Source: an uncultured Acidimicrobiia bacterium
GTDB taxonomy: Bacteria > Acidobacteriota > Terriglobia > Versatilivoradales > Versatilivoraceae
NCBI GenBank assembly: GCA_963791795.1
Contig: CAWBTP010000015.1
Span: 42,822-106,821, forward strand
Direction: 5' to 3'
Length of the DNA stretch: 64,000 nt
Part shown: piece by piece, positions 57,376 to 64,000 of the stretch
Position numbering within the stretch: the stretch's first letter is position 1
Layout of the letters: each line of letters begins with the position of its first letter
Program-made: the position numbers and the translations under genes
The notes under the pieces: model-generated
Told to the model about the DNA's origin: nothing
What the model saw: only the letters and a program-made list of their open reading frames with translations
The model's database searches: none

Positions 57376-57445
57376 TCTTGAGAAGACTTCACGCGGTCGA
57401 GGAGTCCTGGTGAGGGTGCGATGGAATTAAGGACGTTGTGTATAG

Positions 57446-57566
57446 AAGGTTGCTGAAAAACTCGGGAAACGTTGTAGCGGCGGTTCTGTGAACCGCCGAA
57501 ATTCAATGACTTGCAGGACGCCAACGCTCGCAGAGCGTCCGCTACATCGAGTTTTTCAGCAACCTT
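57446..57566. repeat. 121-nt hairpin element with perfect 19-bp inverted-repeat termini, abutting the response-regulator stop codon
   Basis: AAGGTTGCTGAAAAACTCG (57446-57464) / CGAGTTTTTCAGCAACCTT (57548-57566). Internal hairpins CGGCGGTTC-TGT-GAACCGCCG (57478-57498) and GGACGC..GCGTCC (57516-57540). Confidence 0.45.
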
Positions 57567-58217
57567 TTACTCTTCCGGTTTGACGAGGCCGGCACGGATG
57601 GCGTAACGGACCAGACCTGCCACGTCGTGAATGTTGAGCCGCTTCATGAGTTGGGCTCGATGCGACTCGACGGTTTTGACGCTGAGTTTGAGGAGATAGG
57701 CAATCTCTTTCGTATTCTTCCCTCGGGCAACCTGCTGCAGGACTTCCTCCTGCCGTTCTGTCAGGGCATAAGGCGAGCTTTGTGAGTGCACGCGACGCAT
57801 GTAATCATCGACCACCTTTTTCGACACGGCCGGGCTCATATAAATGTTGCCTTCGGTGACGGCACGGAGAGCAAGCTCCAATTCCGAGATATCGGCATCC
57901 TTCAAAACGTATCCGCGCGCGCCAGAGCGGAGGGCCCTCGACACATACTCCTCATTGGCATGCATTGAGAGCATAACTACTTGCACCTTCGGGTGCTCCT
58001 TCAGGACTCGCTCCAGCACCTCAAGACCATTCAAGCCCGGTAGTGCGATGTCCATAAAGACTACATGGGGTTTCTTCAGGCGAATCATGCTCAGCCCCGA
58101 GCGGCCATCGGCAGCTTCTCCGACAACGTGGACTCCACTGATCCCGTCCAGGAGGGCTCGAAACCCGGCCCTCACAAGCCCATGATCTTCAACCAACAGA
58201 ACGCGTACTTGTTTCAT
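57567..58217 (-). CDS. NarL/LuxR-family two-component response regulator
   Basis: REC domain (VLLVEDH..VVFMDIALPGLNG..) plus C-terminal LuxR HTH (..ALTERQEEVLQQVARGKNTKEIAYLLKLSVKTVESHRAQLMKRL). Confidence 0.9.
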   Translation of the reverse strand: MKQVRVLLVEDHGLVRAGFRALLDGISGVHVVGEAADGRSGLSMIRLKKPHVVFMDIALPGLNGLEVLERVLKEHPKVQVVMLSMHANEEYVSRALRSGARGYVLKDADISELELALRAVTEGNIYMSPAVSKKVVDDYMRRVHSQSSPYALTERQEEVLQQVARGKNTKEIAYLLKLSVKTVESHRAQLMKRLNIHDVAGLVRYAIRAGLVKPEE

Positions 58218-58332
58218 CGTACTCAACCCTGTTGAAGGGACTCAGACAGGTTGCAGATTCCTTGAAGCTCCTGGCGAAATCGGCCGGGCACTTCTGTCGA
58301 TGTGAGTGCTCTGCCCTCTCGACTTGTTCTTC

Positions 58333-59742
58333 TCATCTTCTTGCCTCCGCTTGCCGCTCTTTAGGAAGCAGTGGAATGGTGGCAAGAACATTTGTCCCAG
58401 AATCCGCCAAGGAAGAGATCTCCAGGGTGCCCCCGCACAGCCGGACGCGCTCGTGCATACCCAGCAACCCGAGCGAACCGCCCCCGACGGCACGGCTCTG
58501 GGCTGCGCTAACATCAAAACCCACGCCGTCATCTCGAATCTCCAACCGCGATTCCGTCTTGCTGTGCCGGAATTTGATCCAGACATTCTTCGCTTTGGCA
58601 TGGCGTACCACGTTGGTGAGTGCCTCTTGCGCCACGCGGAAGAATGTGGTTTCAACCTCCGAAGGAAAGCGCTTCTCGGTTCGCGGGGCCTTCAAATGCG
58701 GAATCACAAACTCTCGAATCCGTCCGTCCAGGTACCATCGCAAAGCCGACACTAAGCCGAGATCGTCCAACAGCGGAGGCCTCAAATCAAAGGACCACTG
58801 CCGCACCTGGCCCAACGCCCCGTCCAGCATTTTGATGGCTTCCATCAAACGCGTACCCGCTTTGGTCGTATCACGGTCGCGTTGCACTCGTTGCAAATGG
58901 AGACGGATACCTGTCAGGACCTGACCGAGCTGATCGTGAAGATCGAGGGCCAGCTGGTGGCGTTCCACTTCCTGAATCTTGAGCAGCCGGCGCGACAGTC
59001 CTTCCATCTGCCGACTCTGCCGCGAGGCTTGCTCTTCGGCATGCTGGCGCTCCTGCATTTGCACTTGCAAGGCCTGATTGGATTTCTTCAGTGCCGCCGA
59101 TCGTTCCTCAAGTTGAGCAAGGACTAGCGTACGCTCCTGCATTCTATTCTCGAGCTCTCTCTGGGCGTGTTCAATGGCCCGCTGAGCTTCCTTCCAATCT
59201 GAGACATCGCTGACTCCGACCTGGCACAGCCGTTGTCCGTCTCCGTCTTCCAAAGCAATCCCAGTGAGCCTGGCATCGAGACCTTCCCCGTTTCCTCTCC
59301 AAAGCTTCACCTCGCAGGTGTGTACTTTTGGCTCCTCCTGGATCTTCCTGCAAAAATTCAGAAACTTACTCTGATCTTCTTGCTTCACAAAGCGCCTGAG
59401 CGCGCGCTGAAGGATTCCCCGCCGGTTCATCCCGAGCAGAGCGGCACCGGTCAGGTTCGCTTCGAGAATCATCCCCTCAGCATTCAAGGTGAAGTAACCG
59501 ATTGGGGCGAAATCGTAGAGATCAGCGTATTTGCGACGGGCTTCTTCCGTTTCACTCTGGCTGCGTCGCAATTCCTCGTTCTGGGTCTGAAGCTCGATCT
59601 GGTGCATCTCCAGATCCTGGATCAGCATTTCCAGAGTCTTGGAATTCCCAGCGCCATTTTTCGCAGTGCCTCGAACCGAAGAATCCGCAAGGCGACGGGC
59701 TGGAGCTGCACTTCGTTTATCCTTGATGGGTCGCATGTTCAC
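58333..59742 (-). CDS. PAS-domain sensor histidine kinase (HisKA_3/NarX-type, HATPase_c)
   Basis: N-terminal coiled coil, PAS (..FAPIGYFTLNAEGMILEANLTGAALLG..), HisKA_3 H-box (ERHQLALDLHDQLGQ) and ATPase motifs (..RDDGVGFD..GLLGMHERV). Confidence 0.9.
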   Translation of the reverse strand: MNMRPIKDKRSAAPARRLADSSVRGTAKNGAGNSKTLEMLIQDLEMHQIELQTQNEELRRSQSETEEARRKYADLYDFAPIGYFTLNAEGMILEANLTGAALLGMNRRGILQRALRRFVKQEDQSKFLNFCRKIQEEPKVHTCEVKLWRGNGEGLDARLTGIALEDGDGQRLCQVGVSDVSDWKEAQRAIEHAQRELENRMQERTLVLAQLEERSAALKKSNQALQVQMQERQHAEEQASRQSRQMEGLSRRLLKIQEVERHQLALDLHDQLGQVLTGIRLHLQRVQRDRDTTKAGTRLMEAIKMLDGALGQVRQWSFDLRPPLLDDLGLVSALRWYLDGRIREFVIPHLKAPRTEKRFPSEVETTFFRVAQEALTNVVRHAKAKNVWIKFRHSKTESRLEIRDDGVGFDVSAAQSRAVGGGSLGLLGMHERVRLCGGTLEISSLADSGTNVLATIPLLPKERQAEARR

Positions 59743-59758
59743 TTACCGATTCTTCTCC

Positions 59759-62700
59759 TCACGTCGATCGTCCTTTTCTGCTACTGCCTTTCTGCAGCCT
59801 CCCTTCTGAGACATCGTCAATCGCCAGCAGGAGAGTGTCGGTCCCGATACCCAGATGGAAGATGCGACGGGCATTGACGAGCATCCTTCGTCGACCGATT
59901 TCGGGAAAATCGTGTGTCACTTCAAAGTTTTCGATGCGCGAATTATTGCGAAGGATTTTGTTCAAGAGCTCTCGCAATTCTGGGATGTTCCACTGACCGT
60001 TGCCCAACTCGAAAAAGACACTCTGTTCGGTGTCCTTCTGACTAACGCCAAACGTCTCATAGAAAGCACGACTGCCCTGCAGGACTTTCATGTGGGCATC
60101 CAGCACGATCAACGGCTGCTGTACCGTTTCCAGAACCCCCTGCGCAAAATCGCGGGCGGTCTCTAGCAGATGCTCAGATCCAATGTCGGTAAAAGTCATG
60201 ACGACACCGTCAATGTGGTTGTCCACCGTCCGGTAAGGCATCATGCGCATCAGGTACGACCGGAGGTCTGGAGTCTTGACGACGACTTCCTTCGGAATGA
60301 AAGTCTCCAGCACCGCCTGGGCATCGTGGACAAGATCTTCCCGCTGAAGATTCGAGACGATATGGCTGAGCGGCCGCCCCACGTCAGAAGGAATGAGGTT
60401 CACGATCTTGGTTGCATCGGGAGTGAATCGCTTGATCCGCAGCTGCATATCCAGGAACACTGTGGCGATATGCGTGCTATCAAGCAAGTTTTTCATGTCG
60501 TTATTGAGCTGCGACAGTTCCTCAACCTTTCCCTGCAGTTCGGAATTCACAGTGACCAGCTCTTCATTCAAGGATTGCAGCTCTTCTTTCGAAGTTTCCA
60601 GTTCTTCGTTCGTGCTCTGCAGTTCCTCATTGGTCGATTGCAGTTCTTCATTCATCGACTTCAGCTCTTCATTGGAGGTTTCCATTTCCTCCACAGTCGT
60701 CTGAAGGGATTCCTGCGAAAATCTAAGCTCCTGTTCCAGTTCGGCGATGCGCTTCAAACTGGCTTTGCCGGGGCGAGCCACCTTGCGCTCCTTGGCGACC
60801 TTCTCCCCCGTCAACTCATGAAAAGCTACCAGCGTCAGAGCCCCTAGCTGATCGTCGCGCTCGCGCAAGGGACGAACGGTGAGATTGACCAGCTGATAGC
60901 CTCCATTGGTCTTTATTTGAAGGCCTTCCACCGCGACGGCTTTCTTTTGCTGGCTGGAACGGCGCACCGCGGAGTTCAACTCCAAACGCAACCCTTCGCG
61001 CGCCATTTCATAAACATTCAAACTGGCGCTTCCCGAGGCGAGTTCCAGGAACTTCCCAGTGCGGCCGTGCGTGTAGAGAATATCGCCCTTATGGTTGACG
61101 ATGACGCAGGGCGGAGCATACTTATCCAGCAGTGCTCTTTCAGCCACCTCGGTAACGCTGATGTGACGGGCCCCCCGGACGTCGACGTCTGTGCGCGCCC
61201 CGGCGTCCCCTGCCAACGGCTTGGCTGAATCAAACTCCCATGTCCTTTCGCTGATGCCGGTATCCTTGCGCCGGAACAGCTTCCATTTCTTATCCACCAT
61301 CGCGAACAAGTCGCCATGACGGCCAATGGTTTCGGAAGGTCCCAGCAAGAGCAGTCCTCCCGAGTTCAAAATGTAATGAAAGAGAGGCACCAGACGCTTT
61401 TGAAGATCGCCGTCCAGATAAATCAGCAGGTTTCGGCAGCAAATCAGATCGAGCCTCGTAAAGGGCGGGTCTTTGATCACGTTCTGGATCGCGAACAAGG
61501 CCATTTCACGAATTTCCTTTTTTACGCGAACCAAGTTGCCTTCCCTGACAAAGAATCGCTTGAGCCGCTCTGGTGACAACCCCGCCATGAGATGCGCCGG
61601 ATAGCGCCCGTTGCGGGCCATGTCGATGGCCTCGGCATCGATGTCAGTGCCGAAGATCTGAACTCTGGGATTGACTTGCGCCTCATCCATTGCTTCGCGC
61701 AGGACGATGGCGAGGGAGTAAACCTCTTCACCGGTGGAACAGCCCGGCACCCAGAGCCGGACCGCGGAGTCAGTTGATTTGTTGGGAAGGATGTCGGCAA
61801 CTAATCTGCTCCGCAACAATTCAAAAGCGTCGGGATCGCGAAAAAAGCTCGTCACGCCAATGAGGAGCTCTTTGAAGAGCATTTCCACTTCCTGGGGGTT
61901 TTGCCGCAGGTAACGCGTGTACTGAGCCACGTCCCGGATCTGATGAATACTCATGCGCCTCTCAATGCGGCGGCCAATTGTATTTTTCTTGTAAGCCGAA
62001 AAATCGTGACCCGTTTGTGAGCGGAGCAGCAGAAAGATGGGACTGAGTGCGTTGCCGGTCCGCTCTACCCAACTCGTAGTTCCCCCTGTGACCTTGCGGG
62101 TGCAATGAGCCGCATAGGCCAGCAATTGAGCAGGCATTTTGGTCGGCGGCAGGATGAAATCCGCTACACCGGCCTCAATGGCGCTCTTCGGCATGCCGCG
62201 AAACTTGGCGGAGTCCGGATCCTGAACCATAACCAGCCCATACTCGGACTTGATCGCTCTCAGTCCCAAAGTCCCATCCGAACCGTTTCCCGAGAGCACA
62301 ATGCCTATCGCCTTTTCCCGCTGGTCGGCTCCCAGCGAGCGCAAGAACAAATCGATGGGCAGACGCCACGCCTGCCGGGTTGATGGGTCGGACAGACACA
62401 AAGCACCCTGGAGGATCTCGAGGTCTTTGTTAGGCGGCACGACATGAATCCGATTGGGCAGGACCTTCATTCCGTGCCGCACCTGAACAACCGGCATCTT
62501 GGTAAAGCGCTGCAATAGCTCGGGCAACATGCTGGTGTGGCCTGGATCCAAGTGAGGCACTAAAACGAATCCGACATTGCCGTCCGGGGGCATGCTTGAA
62601 AAGAACTGTTCGAACGCTTCAAGACCGCCAGCGGACGCGCCAATTCCAGCAATGCAGAAAGATGCGGACCTGGCTTTGGGAAGTGAGTCCTTCTGGACCG

Positions 62701-62764
62701 GCTTCGGAAGTGCGGGAGCCTCCTTGGAAGAGCGCGGCTTCTTCTTTGGCATTCTCTTTCTCAT
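59759..62764 (-). CDS. CheB methylesterase–CheR methyltransferase fusion protein with coiled-coil and PAS/PAC sensor domains
   Basis: 1001 aa. CheB catalytic domain (..IGASAGGLEAFEQFF.. ..HLDPGHTSMLP..), CheR SAM-MTase (..RLWVPGCSTGEEVYSLAIVL..), heptad coiled coil (NEELKSMNEELQSTNEELQSTNEELETSKEELQSLNEEL), then PAS repeats. Lies 17 nt upstream of the kinase gene. Confidence 0.9.
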   Translation of the reverse strand: MRKRMPKKKPRSSKEAPALPKPVQKDSLPKARSASFCIAGIGASAGGLEAFEQFFSSMPPDGNVGFVLVPHLDPGHTSMLPELLQRFTKMPVVQVRHGMKVLPNRIHVVPPNKDLEILQGALCLSDPSTRQAWRLPIDLFLRSLGADQREKAIGIVLSGNGSDGTLGLRAIKSEYGLVMVQDPDSAKFRGMPKSAIEAGVADFILPPTKMPAQLLAYAAHCTRKVTGGTTSWVERTGNALSPIFLLLRSQTGHDFSAYKKNTIGRRIERRMSIHQIRDVAQYTRYLRQNPQEVEMLFKELLIGVTSFFRDPDAFELLRSRLVADILPNKSTDSAVRLWVPGCSTGEEVYSLAIVLREAMDEAQVNPRVQIFGTDIDAEAIDMARNGRYPAHLMAGLSPERLKRFFVREGNLVRVKKEIREMALFAIQNVIKDPPFTRLDLICCRNLLIYLDGDLQKRLVPLFHYILNSGGLLLLGPSETIGRHGDLFAMVDKKWKLFRRKDTGISERTWEFDSAKPLAGDAGARTDVDVRGARHISVTEVAERALLDKYAPPCVIVNHKGDILYTHGRTGKFLELASGSASLNVYEMAREGLRLELNSAVRRSSQQKKAVAVEGLQIKTNGGYQLVNLTVRPLRERDDQLGALTLVAFHELTGEKVAKERKVARPGKASLKRIAELEQELRFSQESLQTTVEEMETSNEELKSMNEELQSTNEELQSTNEELETSKEELQSLNEELVTVNSELQGKVEELSQLNNDMKNLLDSTHIATVFLDMQLRIKRFTPDATKIVNLIPSDVGRPLSHIVSNLQREDLVHDAQAVLETFIPKEVVVKTPDLRSYLMRMMPYRTVDNHIDGVVMTFTDIGSEHLLETARDFAQGVLETVQQPLIVLDAHMKVLQGSRAFYETFGVSQKDTEQSVFFELGNGQWNIPELRELLNKILRNNSRIENFEVTHDFPEIGRRRMLVNARRIFHLGIGTDTLLLAIDDVSEGRLQKGSSRKGRST

Positions 62765-63163
62765 CCAGGTAGCAGAAGTAGATTCTAGCTAGCGTGGGCA
62801 ACGTCACGTCCAGGGTGGAGTCTGGAGACGGTCTCTTGGATGTCTAATCTCCCACTCGAGCCGTGGAGTTGACCTGTGTTTTGTGGTTCAAGATATCACG
62901 ATTCCTCCATCGCAAGGACAAAACCAACTGCGCTGGACCGAAGATGCATGGAACTCCCAAAGTGCAAGAAGCTCGTGCCTTGAAGGGTCCGAAAGGTCCG
63001 CTCTCACACGCGCTGCTTTGTCAAGTGGGCGTTGCTGCGCTTGAGCTGCTTGCCGCATCAAAGTACTGCTTCGTCCCTCGATTCAGAGAGCAATATTGAA
63101 CAGATTTCACAGTTTTCGAAAGCCAGGATAGCGTTGGGTGAATTTCATCCAGAGGGTAATCTT

Positions 63164-63721
63164 ATGTCCATGCAGCTCGTGTCCTTAAAGCAACTCTACA
63201 TCGACGAACTAAGCGAACTCTACGACTGTGAAAGCGAACTTCTGAAGACATTGCCGCGACTCATTAAGCGAGCGTCCAACTTGGGTTTGAAGAAGGGATT
63301 TACCCAACATCTGGAAGAAACGAAGACGCATCTGGAGCGCCTCGACCAGCTATTTGATGATATGGGGGGACGGCCTAGAACCCGGAAGTGCAAGGGAATG
63401 CGTGCCATCCTGGAGGAAGGGGACGAGATCCTCAAGAGTGACGCACCGTCTGGAGAGCTTCTGGATGCTGCCATTATTGGAGCCGCTCAACGAATCGAGC
63501 ATTATGAAATCGCCAGTTACGGTTGCGTTCGAACGTACGCAGAACTAATGGGCGACAACGATGGGGCAGAGCTCCTGCAAGTGACTCTGGATGAGGAGAA
63601 GATGACCGACAACACCTTGACTGAGCTGGCAAAACAAATCAATGTGAAGGCGATTGAAGCTGAAGGAACAAAGGTCGTTCATCTGGACCCAGCCAGAAAA
63701 AGAAGAGTAGGCAGGGCCTGA
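63164..63721 (+). CDS. DUF892 (YciE/YciF-like ferritin-fold) protein, paralog 2
   Basis: ATG 63164 after GAGGGT. MSMQLVSLKQLYIDELSELYDCESELLKTLPRL..HYEIASYG, about 50% identical to 56300-56866. Confidence 0.8.
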   Translation: MSMQLVSLKQLYIDELSELYDCESELLKTLPRLIKRASNLGLKKGFTQHLEETKTHLERLDQLFDDMGGRPRTRKCKGMRAILEEGDEILKSDAPSGELLDAAIIGAAQRIEHYEIASYGCVRTYAELMGDNDGAELLQVTLDEEKMTDNTLTELAKQINVKAIEAEGTKVVHLDPARKRRVGRA

Positions 63722-63765
63722 AGATAGGGCATCCTGGTTCTGGCTGATGACTCGAGCAGGAAACT

Positions 63766-64000
63766 ATGGCCCTTCGAAATCGTTTCAAATGGCTGGCGCT
63801 GGGTGTGCTGCTTCTGGTTGCTTGCACTGTCTTTTACCGTCTCCACTTCCACAAACCGCTGCGTCAGGTCACGTACAGCCAGTTCCTCGCCGAGACTCGC
63901 TCAGGGCGCTTAGCCGAGGTGCACATTGGCGAAACTGACCTTGTCGGGTTGGTGCGCCCTGACAAGGACAGTGCTGCGGTGCCTGAGGTGATTGCCCGCC
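63766..64000 (+). CDS. membrane protein, probable N-terminus of ATP-dependent zinc metalloprotease FtsH (partial, runs off window)
   Basis: MALRNRFKWLALGVLLLVACTVFYRLHF..VTYSQFLAETRSGRLAEVHIGETDLVGL resembles the FtsH N-terminal TM helix plus periplasmic domain. Open to the window end. Confidence 0.4.
   Translation, partial: MALRNRFKWLALGVLLLVACTVFYRLHFHKPLRQVTYSQFLAETRSGRLAEVHIGETDLVGLVRPDKDSAAVPEVIAR

Noticed and set aside
58232-58924. 230-aa + strand ORF
   Set aside because: Antisense to the histidine kinase and response regulator genes.

Overview
This 64-kb window looks like chromosomal DNA from a high-GC Acidobacteria (Solibacter-like) genome (inference from TIGR03437-type C-terminal domains, carboxypeptidase-regulatory TonB receptors, ASPIC/UnbV proteins and multiheme cytochrome–TPR fusions). 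I support about 55 protein-coding genes and no rRNA, tRNA or CRISPR.

Main content, in order:
- Housekeeping genes with good anchors: cysS, smc, purC–cvpA, and groES–groEL behind a textbook sigma70 promoter and CIRCE operator, ending in a clean intrinsic terminator.
- A minus-strand catabolic operon (MFS transporter, Ldh_2 dehydrogenase, HpcH/HpaI aldolase) with a divergent LLM monooxygenase.
- An 8.7-kb three-gene island (secreted 7-heme cytochrome c–TPR, TonB-dependent receptor, secreted ASPIC/UnbV protein). It is bracketed by ~320-bp imperfect direct repeats that duplicate the junction of a convergent stress-gene pair (Gsp17M-like gene, shared terminator, OsmY/BON gene).
- A stress-protein-rich region: two BON proteins, two Gsp17M-like glycine-zipper proteins, two DUF892 ferritin-like proteins, an lmo0937-type 48-aa protein the ORF track missed, SRPBCC and CBS proteins.
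- A cytochrome c peroxidase whose signal peptide and mature domain are separated by a 1-nt frameshift in an A3 run.
- A minus-strand operon of a CheB–CheR–PAS fusion, a NarL-type histidine kinase and a response regulator.

The window is rich in non-coding structure: a dispersed REP-like nested-palindrome family (at least five loci, one inside a 2.5-copy tandem repeat of ~112 bp), two ~137-bp MITE-like inverted-repeat elements in one 560-nt gap, a 121-nt element with a perfect 19-bp inverted repeat abutting the response-regulator stop codon, and a nested palindrome in the leader of the ASPIC gene.

All calls come from reading the sequence and recalled family signatures. No searches were run.
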